From the NCBI GenBank assembly GCA_963826785.1, contig CAWGYD010000006.1, positions 224,001-288,000 of the forward strand: DNA of 64,000 nt, written 5' to 3'. Origin of the DNA: an uncultured delta proteobacterium (GTDB taxonomy: Bacteria > Desulfobacterota > Desulfobacteria > Desulfobacterales > Desulfosalsimonadaceae). The translations under genes and the position numbers were made by a program. Positions 45,279-54,151 of the stretch are shown here, in pieces; within the stretch, counting starts at the first letter, position 1, and each line of letters opens with the position of its first letter. Below the pieces are notes generated by a model that saw nothing but the letters and a program-made list of their open reading frames with translations, was not told where the DNA came from and searched no databases.

Positions 45279-46376
45279 ATGATGAGCCATCATATTACGC
45301 TGATCCCGGGTGACGGGGTCGGACCGGAAATCTCCGACGTGGCGAAGCGCTGCGTTTCTGCGCTGGGCGTCGATATTCAATGGGATGTGCAGACCGCCGG
45401 CGCCGCGGTAATCGATAAAGAGAACACCCCGCTTCCGGAACGCGTGCTCGATTCCATCCGCACAAACCGGGTGGCCTTGAAAGGTCCCATCGAAACCCCC
45501 ATCGGAACCGGGTTTCGAAGCATCAACGTGCAGCTTCGCCAGATACTGGACCTGTTCGCCTGCGTCCGGCCATGCCGCTTTTATAAAGGGGTCCGCACCC
45601 GCATCACCGATCCGGAGCGCATCGATCTGGTGATTATCCGCGAAAACACCGAGGATCTCTATGCGGGTATCGAGTTCATGGAAAAATGCGGGGAGGACAA
45701 CGAACTCATCTCCTTTATCAACAAGCAGGCCGGAGTGGACCTGCACTGCGACACCGGCATCAGCATCAAGCCCATATCGCGGCGGGGTTCGACACGGATT
45801 GTCACCTTTGCCTTTGAATACGCGAAAAAGCACGGCCGCAAAAAAATCACCGCAGTGGACAAGGCCAATATCATGAAGGTCAGTGACGGGCTGTTTATGA
45901 ACGTGGCACTGGAAGTCAGCCGGAAATACCCGGACATCGCCTATGACCACAAGCTGGTGGACAACATGTGCATGCAGCTGGTGCAGTACCCGGAAAAATA
46001 TGACGTGCTGGTGCTGCCCAATCTATACGGGGATATCATTTCCGACCTGGGCGCCGGCATTACCGGCGGACTGGGGATCGCCCCCGGGGCCAATATGGGG
46101 GATGACTACGCGGTGTTCGAAGCCACCCACGGCAGCGCCCCGGACATTGCCGGGCAGAACAAGGTGAACCCCACGGGCCTTCTGCTGTCCACCGTCATGA
46201 TGTTGAGATACATCGGAGAAACCAAAGCCGCCGACCGTCTTGAACAGGCGGTCGCCACGGTGATCGGGGAAGGCAGAAATGTCACCTGGGACCTGAAAAG
46301 CAAAGATGCCCCGGATCCGCCGGTGGGCACTAAAGAAATGGGGGAGGCGATTGTGGAGAGGATTGAAAGCCTTTAG
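45279..46376 (+). CDS. icd: Isocitrate dehydrogenase (isocitrate/isopropylmalate dehydrogenase family)
   Basis: GDGVGPEI, RSINVQLRQ, RENTEDLY, DKANIMK, NLYGDIISD, HGSAPDIAG; sits in a TCA cluster. Confidence 0.88.
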   Translation: MMSHHITLIPGDGVGPEISDVAKRCVSALGVDIQWDVQTAGAAVIDKENTPLPERVLDSIRTNRVALKGPIETPIGTGFRSINVQLRQILDLFACVRPCRFYKGVRTRITDPERIDLVIIRENTEDLYAGIEFMEKCGEDNELISFINKQAGVDLHCDTGISIKPISRRGSTRIVTFAFEYAKKHGRKKITAVDKANIMKVSDGLFMNVALEVSRKYPDIAYDHKLVDNMCMQLVQYPEKYDVLVLPNLYGDIISDLGAGITGGLGIAPGANMGDDYAVFEATHGSAPDIAGQNKVNPTGLLLSTVMMLRYIGETKAADRLEQAVATVIGEGRNVTWDLKSKDAPDPPVGTKEMGEAIVERIESL

Positions 46377-46642
46377 CCATAGTCACTTTTGTATCCCGTC
46401 CCTCCCTTGGGCCAGGAAAAGATCACCGCTCCGGCATCGCACACGTACCAGCAGGACGCACATTCCATGCAGGTGGCCAGCGTCCGGATGGCGGCTTTCT
46501 GGTTCACCAGGTGCCAGCAGTCGCCCAGGCAGGCATTGACGCAGTTTGCGCACCCGGTGCATTTTTCCCGGTCCACCCGGATGAACTCGCCGGTGTCGCC
46601 GGACCATTTTACCCCGGGAAAATCGTTTCGGGTCAGGTTCAT
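46373..46642 (-). CDS. FixX-like 2x[4Fe-4S] ferredoxin
   Basis: CTGCANCVNAC and CMECASCWYVC; FixX-like end WPKGGTG...YG. Confidence 0.85.
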   Translation of the reverse strand: MNLTRNDFPGVKWSGDTGEFIRVDREKCTGCANCVNACLGDCWHLVNQKAAIRTLATCMECASCWYVCDAGAVIFSWPKGGTGYKSDYG

Positions 46643-46661
46643 CGATCAATTCCTCCTGAAA

Positions 46662-48320
46662 TTATTCAAATAACTTCGGATTTGCCCGGCCCACGAAGTT
46701 CACCAGTCGCTGGGACAGCCATTCGCCCAGCGGATAAAGCGGCTTTCGCAGGAAGGTGTAGACGGGCCGGATCACCGGCAGCAGGACTTTTACGACCGGG
46801 TTCACCAGGCCGGAGAGGAAGCCCCCGGCAATGGCCAGCAGCTTGAACACCGGGCTGCCGATCCGCAGCAGAAAATCGAGCCCTCCCACCAGCACCCGAA
46901 AGATGATTTCCCCCGCCACCGGCCGTTTTGACGGATGGTAGGAAAGCGACTCCCGGCCGAAGAATTCATATGCGTTGTGTATATAATTCTGGTAGTACCG
47001 GAAATACATCTTGATCCAGCGGGTGATCACCCGGGGGTCCCTGCGGATGAATTCGCAGGCGGTTTTGAGCACCGGGGAGAGGGAATGGGCCAGCTGCCCC
47101 ATTCCCCAGGCGTCATGCACGCATTTTCGAAGCTGCCGAATGTCGTGTTTCTCCTGGGCATAGCGCAGATTGAACCGGTTTTTCGCCGATATGGACCACT
47201 GGATCACCGCATGGTTTTTGATCCGTCGATCGTATTCTTTCAAGAATGACCGGGTCGTATTATTGACGCGGATGGCTTCAATGGCGACGTCGGCTGCTAT
47301 ATCGGCGGAAAACCAGGCCGCGGGCACACCGTCGCACAGCTCCGTGGATTCAAGACCCGCCGCATCGCCAATGAGCAGAATGCCGTCATCATGGTTGGGC
47401 ATGTTCCGCAGCTTGGGGTCGAGGCCCACATAAATTTCGAATCCCTCCCACATGCGGGCCCGAACGCTGCTTTTGGGGGCCACTTCATCGCGCCACCAGG
47501 GAAGCTTGGTGGTGATGTTGTCGTGGTACTCCCGAAAGCGCTTCTTGAGATTGGGCACTCTGCTTCCGTCCAGGCGGAGGCAGTGGTCCTGGATATAGTG
47601 GATGCTTTCCCGATAGGGCCATACCATCAGCCCGTTTCCATGCCCCAGGGGCGGAGCGATCTTCTGCTCGTCCCAGCCCCAGCAGAAGCGCAGGGAGTAG
47701 CCGAAGAGCCGGTCTACATCCGCCTTGTCCATGACATAGTCATAGGTGTCTGAAAGGGAAATGACCTCGGGCGGGTATTTCTCCCGGATGCCGGCTTTGA
47801 CCGCCACCAGGCCCTGGGAGCCTTCCCCGTCGATGACGATCCGGCAGCGGATGCGGGTGCCGTCTTCCAGAACGACGCCGATGACGGCCTTGTTTTCCCG
47901 GATCACATCGATCACGGTGATACAGGTGCGGAGTTCCGCTCCCGCTTCCACGGCCTTTTTCGCCAGCCACTCACAAAAGGGTTTGCAGTAGGTATTGTAC
48001 CCGAAAGCCACCACAGGAGAAAAAGGTCTGGGCACCCGCAGGGTGTCGTCGATTTCGATATCCCCCGAGTCGATATCTTTGATGATGTAGTTGATGATCC
48101 CGTCCGCAGGCCGCTCGAACGGCGGGTTGCCGTCCCGGATGAAATCAGGGCCGAACAGGAATCCGTAGATGGGAATGGTCAGGCCCGAGATGACCTTTTC
48201 CCCCACATTTTCGGCGCGCTCCAGCATCAGGGTCTTCAACCCGGCCAATGCGCACTTTCGGGCTGCCACCGGGCCGCCGAAGCCCGCACCGATGACGACA
48301 ACGTCGTATGTCTGGTCCAT
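46662..48320 (-). CDS. FAD-dependent oxidoreductase, FixC/geranylgeranyl reductase family, with long C-terminal extension
   Basis: VIGAGFGG, LERAENVGEKVISG, DGEG, LLIGDAAG; followed by a FixX-like ferredoxin. Confidence 0.82.
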   Translation of the reverse strand: MDQTYDVVVIGAGFGGPVAARKCALAGLKTLMLERAENVGEKVISGLTIPIYGFLFGPDFIRDGNPPFERPADGIINYIIKDIDSGDIEIDDTLRVPRPFSPVVAFGYNTYCKPFCEWLAKKAVEAGAELRTCITVIDVIRENKAVIGVVLEDGTRIRCRIVIDGEGSQGLVAVKAGIREKYPPEVISLSDTYDYVMDKADVDRLFGYSLRFCWGWDEQKIAPPLGHGNGLMVWPYRESIHYIQDHCLRLDGSRVPNLKKRFREYHDNITTKLPWWRDEVAPKSSVRARMWEGFEIYVGLDPKLRNMPNHDDGILLIGDAAGLESTELCDGVPAAWFSADIAADVAIEAIRVNNTTRSFLKEYDRRIKNHAVIQWSISAKNRFNLRYAQEKHDIRQLRKCVHDAWGMGQLAHSLSPVLKTACEFIRRDPRVITRWIKMYFRYYQNYIHNAYEFFGRESLSYHPSKRPVAGEIIFRVLVGGLDFLLRIGSPVFKLLAIAGGFLSGLVNPVVKVLLPVIRPVYTFLRKPLYPLGEWLSQRLVNFVGRANPKLFE

Positions 48321-48436
48321 TGATCATCCTTTTTGCCGTGCTGTTCGAATTATTCGTCACCATACTAAACCGAACAGAATCTGGCAAGGTCTTATATTAT
48401 TTCAGGAACGGCAAAAGGATGATCGTTCCTTTGATC

Positions 48437-49204
48437 TTATACCGACGGTGAAATGTCTTCACCGGGCCGATGTGCAAACAGATCCCGGAACTGCTCCGGA
48501 ACCTCTTTTGGATTCCAGAAAGGACGCGTCCGGGATATTTCTTCCAACTCCGAAATCAGCGCCTTGAAATAATGCTGGCACTTGCTGGCATAATCTAAGT
48601 CCAGACGCCGCCGAAACATCTCGCCGGAGAATAATTGGGCGATATTTGCCAGGGGAAGGATGGCGTCCTCGGTGCCCGGGACGAACCCGGACCAGCTTCG
48701 GATATGCTCTTCCGACCGGAAGAGGTTCATGGTACTTCACGAGTAGGGGAGCCGGTCCATCCATTTGGCGAAGGGGACCGCCACGTACCCCATGATCGTG
48801 TCGGGTTTGGTGGAACGGATCTTGCCGTTGACCATTTCGATGTGAACGGGTTCGGCGCAGTCCAGGCAGGGGGCGTCGATCTCCACCCGCTGGTCCTCGA
48901 ATAGCCAGCTTACAGCCAGCGATTCGAACCCTCACTGCCCGAACCACTTCTGCTCGCCGTCCACCGTGATCCGATACTGGGTGGGAATGTTTGAAAACGG
49001 GGCAAAACTGGCGATGTAATCGGTGTCGGTGGCGGTCCAGGTTCCCGGGATTCCCAAATCCATGAGTTCATGCAGCGCCTTGCGGGCATCTTCCACCGGC
49101 AGATTCAGCACCGCCGACAACTCCGTGTAATGCGGCGCCTGGCCGGTCATTTTCATCTTTTCAATGATGGTGTGATAGGTTTTGTCCATCAGGGATGTGG
49201 CCAT
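48437..49204 (-). CDS. MerB-like organometallic lyase with two in-frame UGA (Sec) codons, 255 aa
   Basis: AGGAG then ATG 49204; N-terminal HTH-like segment, APFSNIPTQYRI, KWFGQ-U91-GFE, APCLDC, PYS-U156-STMNLFRSEEH; TGA at 48932-48934 and 48737-48739 in the same frame, each followed by a SECIS-like hairpin. Confidence 0.85.
48704..48730 (-). promoter_or_regulatory. SECIS-like hairpin after UGA #2
   Basis: mRNA AUG-AAC-CUCUUCC-GGUC-GGAAGAG-CAU; GGUC loop 19 nt after the UGA. Confidence 0.78.
48897..48927 (-). promoter_or_regulatory. SECIS-like hairpin after UGA #1
   Basis: mRNA UCGAAU-C-GCUGGCU-GUA-AGCUGGC-U-AUUCGA; apical loop starts with G, 18 nt after the UGA. Confidence 0.7.
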
Positions 49205-49483
49205 AAACGTTCTCCTTTCTGATTTGCAGATTGAGAGCCCGCCGGAAAGTCCTGCAAAGGCGGGAAAAGGACGCATGCGTGCCTTCGTTGTCCTTGCCGG
49301 CATATAACACCACTAATGACAGTGGGTCCGCCGTCAAGGCGCAGAGGGGCAAAACGTGCTTATGAAGCTGATATTAAAGCAGATGGGAGGAAGGAATATT
49401 TTTTTTTGGCTGCCATTTTTTTTTGCGCCTGACCTTTGCGTTCTCCTGCGGGGGAAAAGATGGAGCGGAAAGAAAATCCTCCT

Positions 49484-50596
49484 TTATGATATCAGCCCGG
49501 GGGAGGCCAGCTCAAAGGCCCGGTAAGCTTCGTATTTTTCCGGGTCCAGGGGATAATCCCAGCATCCCTGCCGGTGAACCAGGCGGCCGCCGAAGCCGGT
49601 CTTGAACCGGTACAGGCCATACATCCGGTGGCAGGGGTCCGGTGTGGGGGAGATGCCGAACAGGTCGTAGTCGCGGCAGCCGGCTTTCCTGGCCATGCAG
49701 ATGGCCTTCCACTGAAGGGCGTATGAGGCCATGAGATGGCTGTATTTCGAGGATGAAGCCCCGTACAGATAGGTGGCCCGTTTTCCGGCCAGCACGAGCA
49801 TGATTCCGGCCGCCGGCCTGCCATTTGCCTCGGCCAGCAGCAGGTGGACCTTGGCCGGGGAGTTCGTATCCGTCGAACGGACTTCTAAAGCCGCCCGGAA
49901 GTAGTCCAGATCATTTACGGCCATGCCGTGCCGGGCGGCCGTTTCACAGTAGAGGTCGTACCAGGCCCCAAGATCGGAGATTCCCCCTTCCCGGACCGAG
50001 ATCCCCTTTCGGGCCGAGACGCGAATGTTATAGCGGGTTTTGGGTTTCATATTCTTCAAGATGTGGTCCCGGTCCGCATGCAAATTGACGATTACCGTAT
50101 CGGGCGGGAGCAGGTCGGTGGGGGCCTTGCGAAGATTCCACCGTTTGGTGTCGAAATTCATGCGCATTTCCCGGACCCGGACCTTGGGTGCGCCCATCCA
50201 GTGATGATCTTTCGTGTAACGGTTTTTATCCTCGCACCAGGGAGATTTCCACGGCAGGTCATACCGGATAAACAGGCAGTTTTCCGGAAGATGGGGCCGG
50301 AGCCGTTCGGACAGCTGTTCCAGCCAGCGGCCCCGGCGTTCTTCATCCGGCAGCAGCTCGGGGCCAAAAGGAACATAGGCCATTTGCGCGGCGGCATTGA
50401 TCGGCCGCATGACCACCAGCATGTCCGTACATGGACCGATACCGTCGGCCGGCGGTTCGCCCGATTTGAGCAAAATGTCAAAGGCGATGGTTTTTCTTCC
50501 CTGCTTCTTTTTCAGGCGGTCCCAGAAGGCCGTCTGCTGGAGGATCGGCGTGGGAGCAAGGTGCCGGGATTTTTTCGGAGCGATTTTGAGATTCAT
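49484..50596 (-). CDS. FemAB/FemX family peptidoglycan peptidyltransferase
   Basis: LQQTAFW, YVPFGP, MKPKTRYNIR, YLYGASS, YDLFGI, GLYRFKTGFGG; alternative ATG at 50611. Confidence 0.9.
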   Translation of the reverse strand: MNLKIAPKKSRHLAPTPILQQTAFWDRLKKKQGRKTIAFDILLKSGEPPADGIGPCTDMLVVMRPINAAAQMAYVPFGPELLPDEERRGRWLEQLSERLRPHLPENCLFIRYDLPWKSPWCEDKNRYTKDHHWMGAPKVRVREMRMNFDTKRWNLRKAPTDLLPPDTVIVNLHADRDHILKNMKPKTRYNIRVSARKGISVREGGISDLGAWYDLYCETAARHGMAVNDLDYFRAALEVRSTDTNSPAKVHLLLAEANGRPAAGIMLVLAGKRATYLYGASSSKYSHLMASYALQWKAICMARKAGCRDYDLFGISPTPDPCHRMYGLYRFKTGFGGRLVHRQGCWDYPLDPEKYEAYRAFELASPGLIS

Positions 50597-50644
50597 GATT
50601 CCACGATTCATCTGGTGCCGGGACTTGTATCATCTACCCGTCAT

Positions 50645-50714
50645 AAACAAAAACGCAGCCGGGCGCTCAAGCTGCGTTCAAAACATGAAAAGTTGCAACA
50701 ACGGAGGTCTTCAT
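50645..50714 (-). promoter_or_regulatory. Putative attenuator: 15-aa leader ORF plus intrinsic terminator upstream of the femAB-like gene
   Basis: MKTSVVATFHVLNAA* (50714-50667) overlapping hairpin AACGCAGC...GCTGCGTT followed by TTTGTTT. Confidence 0.45.
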
Positions 50715-50862
50715 AACAAAAAATCAAGGGACATGCAAGGGACCGGTCAATGAAAATCAAGGCAAAACATGTGCTTGACCCGCCATGCCTGTCCCGGTTA
50801 TAAAAGAAAATCGATTGTTTGCTGAAATTGACGATCATCGACCTTAATAGAAGATATCGACC

Positions 50863-51924
50863 ATGACCGTTCCCGAATCTCGATTCGTAGTGATACAGAA
50901 CCAGAACTGCCCGCTTTACAAACTCGGGGATGAGTTCAAACAGGCGGGCCGGAGCCTGTCCATGATGGGCAAATCCGCGTGCCTGACCCTGATGGATGAT
51001 ATTATCCAGGCACTGGACACATCCCAGGGCAAGGAGAACGCGGAACCCGAAACCATCGAACTGCTCACCTGCAGCGGCGACCGGGCCGGCTGCTACGGTA
51101 ATGTCAAGCTCCGGCATTACCTGGTGACGAAACCCGTGATCGACCTGGTGGAAACCGTCGAACCCCGTTATTTATCCGTGGCCCGGGAGTTGAGCCGGTT
51201 CCCCATGTTCAAAGCCCTCACCGAAACTGAGATCACCGAGGTGGTCCCCTTCTTCAAACTCAAGGAGTTTAAGGAAAAAGAAATTGTTATCCGAAAAGGG
51301 GACCCGGGGGTGAAGCTCTATGTGGTGCTGTCGGGCAGTGTCGACATTATCGGGGATTACGGGATGACCATTGCCAGTCTGGGCCAGGGGGAAGTATTCG
51401 GCGAAATGAGCCTGCTGTCCGGAAATCCGGTCAGCTCCACGGTACAGGCCGCCCAAAAATCCCGGATTCTCTACATGTTCGGCAGTTATTTCCGCATCGT
51501 CTTAAACCGTTATCCCGCCCTGCAGATGTACTTCGCCCGACTGCTGGTGGAGCGGCTCGCCAGGTCCAACATGGAGCGATCCATGGAATTTGCCTCCGGA
51601 ATGGCGGGCAGCCTCTCCGAGATATCCCCGGCCGAGCTGTTTCAGACGCTCAACATGACCCAGAAAACCGGCGTGCTGGACGTGAGCCGGGCCGATCAAA
51701 AGGGCCGGGTGCTGTTTCACACCGGTGAAGTGGTCCTGGCCGAATTTGCGGGCAAAACCGGCCAGGACGCCTTTTTCGAAATGGTCAAGCAGAGACAGGG
51801 AAATTTCAAATTCCAGCCGGGCCTTCCCGCCGGTATGGAAGACCGGCCGGTGCTGGGGGATTTCATGTATCTGCTCATGGAAGGCCTCAACCGTCTGGAC
51901 GAAGAATCCGCCACCTATGATTAA
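50863..51924 (+). CDS. Cyclic nucleotide-binding and DUF4388 domain protein
   Basis: cNMP motifs KGDPG..LYVVLSG and GEVFGEMSLL; DUF4388 GSLSEISPAELFQ....QKTGVL...LLMEG...LDE; Cys-containing N-terminal domain. Confidence 0.85.
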   Translation: MTVPESRFVVIQNQNCPLYKLGDEFKQAGRSLSMMGKSACLTLMDDIIQALDTSQGKENAEPETIELLTCSGDRAGCYGNVKLRHYLVTKPVIDLVETVEPRYLSVARELSRFPMFKALTETEITEVVPFFKLKEFKEKEIVIRKGDPGVKLYVVLSGSVDIIGDYGMTIASLGQGEVFGEMSLLSGNPVSSTVQAAQKSRILYMFGSYFRIVLNRYPALQMYFARLLVERLARSNMERSMEFASGMAGSLSEISPAELFQTLNMTQKTGVLDVSRADQKGRVLFHTGEVVLAEFAGKTGQDAFFEMVKQRQGNFKFQPGLPAGMEDRPVLGDFMYLLMEGLNRLDEESATYD

Positions 51925-52028
51925 AACAGCCGCTTATCGCTTGCTTGAAAGCCGGATCCAATATGGTGATATATTCTTGTGGTGTTCAATATATTGCTTT
52001 TCAATCCCCCTGAAGAAGGAGCCCGCCC

Positions 52029-53108
52029 GTGAACGATGCAATTTACCATGAACTGGCCAAGGTGCTCGATACACTGCCCAACGGATTTCCCGTTACCGAA
52101 AGCGGGGTGGAAATCCGGTTGCTGAAAAAAATTTTCGCCGCCGATGAAGCGGAGCTGTTCTGCCGGCTCAAGCTCAAATTCGAGACCGTGGATCAGATTG
52201 CAAAACGGACCGGCATCGCCGCTGCGGTTCTATCGGACAAACTCGACATGATGGCGGACAAGGGGCAGATCTTCAAGGTGGATATGGGCGGAGTCAGCAT
52301 CTACAAGATGCTTCCCTGGGCATTTGGCATCTATGAGATGCAGCTTCCCCACATGGACCGGGAGATGGCCGAGATGTGCGAAGAGTTCGGAAAAGTGTTC
52401 GGCAGACACTTTTTCGACAACAAGCCGCAGCTCATGCAGGTGATCCCCATTGAAGCGGAGATCGAGGGCAAGCACGAGGTTCTGGCCCATGAGCGGGTGT
52501 CGAACATCATCGAAAACAGCCAGGCCTTCATGTATTTCGACTGCATCTGCAAGAAGGAAAAGAAGCTGATGGATGATCCCTGCGACAAGCCCATGCAGGT
52601 GTGCACCGCATTTGCCCCGATTCCCGGAATCTTCGATGACCATCCCTACGGCAAGACCATGACCCGGGAGGAGGCCTACGCGCTGATGAAAAAAGCCGAA
52701 GACGCCGGCCTGGTCCACCTCACCTGGAACGTTTCCTCCGGCCATTACTTCATCTGCAACTGCTGCGGATGCTGCTGCGGTGTGCTGCGGGGGATCAACG
52801 ACCTGGGCCTCGATGCATCAAACGTGGTCCATTCGGCCTATTACGCCGTCATCGATCCGGACAGCTGCACCTCCTGCGGCCTCTGCGCGGATGAACGCTG
52901 CCAGGTGCATGCCATCAAAGAAGGCGAAGACGCCTATGAAGTGTTGCCGGAAAAATGCATCGGCTGCGGACTGTGCATCACCACCTGCCCCGGCGAGGCC
53001 ATTTCCCTGATGCGCAAAGAACATGTCGAGACCCCGCCCCGGGACGAGATGGACTGGTATGAAAAGCGGGCCCAGCTGAGGGGAGTGGATATCAGCCCGT
53101 ATAAGTAG
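52029..53108 (+). CDS. 4Fe-4S dicluster iron-sulfur protein
   Basis: CICKK, EDAGLVH, ICNCCGCCCG, CTSCGLCADERC, CIGCGLCITTCP. Confidence 0.88.
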   Translation: MNDAIYHELAKVLDTLPNGFPVTESGVEIRLLKKIFAADEAELFCRLKLKFETVDQIAKRTGIAAAVLSDKLDMMADKGQIFKVDMGGVSIYKMLPWAFGIYEMQLPHMDREMAEMCEEFGKVFGRHFFDNKPQLMQVIPIEAEIEGKHEVLAHERVSNIIENSQAFMYFDCICKKEKKLMDDPCDKPMQVCTAFAPIPGIFDDHPYGKTMTREEAYALMKKAEDAGLVHLTWNVSSGHYFICNCCGCCCGVLRGINDLGLDASNVVHSAYYAVIDPDSCTSCGLCADERCQVHAIKEGEDAYEVLPEKCIGCGLCITTCPGEAISLMRKEHVETPPRDEMDWYEKRAQLRGVDISPYK

Positions 53109-53125
53109 CGGCTGGACGAAAAGGG

Positions 53126-54151
53126 CTATTTCGGCTCCGCCCCTTTTTTGAGTTCAATGGCCTGTTTTAACAGTTCTTCGGAGTACTGTTTGCCGGTCAG
53201 GTCCTTGCATACCTGGTTTGCGGCGGCGGCGAGTTCCGCCACGTCCTGTTCGGACCACTCTGCCGGTGCCACCCCCCGGGCTTCCATGACCCGGGTGGCC
53301 TCGATATTCTGTTTTCGCACCAGCTGGTTGAGCCGTTTGAAATGGCTTTCCGCAAGGTCCATCAGCGTCTTCTGATCTTCTTTGGATATCTTGTCGAACA
53401 CGTTTTTCTTCACTATCAGGGTGGCGGTGAAAAAACCCACCGGCGTGGTGGAATGGTACCGGGTCTTGACGTACCACTGAAACGACACCGCCCCTAAAGG
53501 TGTATTGTAAACGGTGTCCACCATTCCGGTCTGCAGCCCCATCATCACATCCACCACGGAAAGCGGCACCGGGTCGACCCCCAGCTTCTCCCAGCAGTAC
53601 TGGGCCAGAGAATCACCATCCCATACCCAGATTTTGGTCGATTTGAGCGCTTTCAGATCAGCAATGGGCGAAGCGGAGTAAAAATAGACCGATCCCAGAT
53701 CCATCCATCCCACCAGGACGTATCCCTTTTCCGCAAGCTTCTTCTTGAAATACGGGGCCAGCCCTTCCCGGATGCGGTCAAATTCGCCTTGGTCGGCCAC
53801 AAAAAACGGTAGATCCAATATCCGGATTTCCGGCAAAATTTCGCCCATGCCGTTTCCGGTAAATCCCCCGCCGTCGAGTTGTCCGATGCGGATTTTGCTC
53901 AGGACCGCTTTTTCATCGCCGGCCACCCCGCCCGGATAGATTTTAAAGCCCACCCGGTGATCGGTTTTTTGCATCAACTCCGCATTGAATTCCTGCAATA
54001 TCCGGTCCCAGGTGGACCCTTCCGGCGCAATGGTGGCGATCTTGATGGCCACATCGCATTTCTGTGCGGCTGCGGTGCCCAGTCCGCAAAAAAACCAAAC
54101 CATGGCCATAGTAAAGCCGACAAGATATCGACTACAATTGATCCGTTTCAC
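53126..54151 (-). CDS. dctP: TRAP transporter substrate-binding protein DctP (TPAT P component)
   Basis: Signal peptide, IKIATIAPEGSTW, YPGGVAGDE, KIRIGQLDGG, GLQTGMVD; GTG start with GAGGAGG RBS, overlapping the tatT end. Confidence 0.88.
   Translation of the reverse strand: MKRINCSRYLVGFTMAMVWFFCGLGTAAAQKCDVAIKIATIAPEGSTWDRILQEFNAELMQKTDHRVGFKIYPGGVAGDEKAVLSKIRIGQLDGGGFTGNGMGEILPEIRILDLPFFVADQGEFDRIREGLAPYFKKKLAEKGYVLVGWMDLGSVYFYSASPIADLKALKSTKIWVWDGDSLAQYCWEKLGVDPVPLSVVDVMMGLQTGMVDTVYNTPLGAVSFQWYVKTRYHSTTPVGFFTATLIVKKNVFDKISKEDQKTLMDLAESHFKRLNQLVRKQNIEATRVMEARGVAPAEWSEQDVAELAAAANQVCKDLTGKQYSEELLKQAIELKKGAEPK

Noticed and set aside
48459..48947. 162-aa minus-strand ORF overlapping the merB-like gene
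   Set aside because: Alternative-frame, Arg/Pro-rich translation without motifs.
48437..49303. Two or three separate small genes, or a nonsense pseudogene
   Set aside because: Both stops are TGA, in frame, at catalytic-Cys-equivalent positions and followed by SECIS-like hairpins; Sec read-through explains this better.
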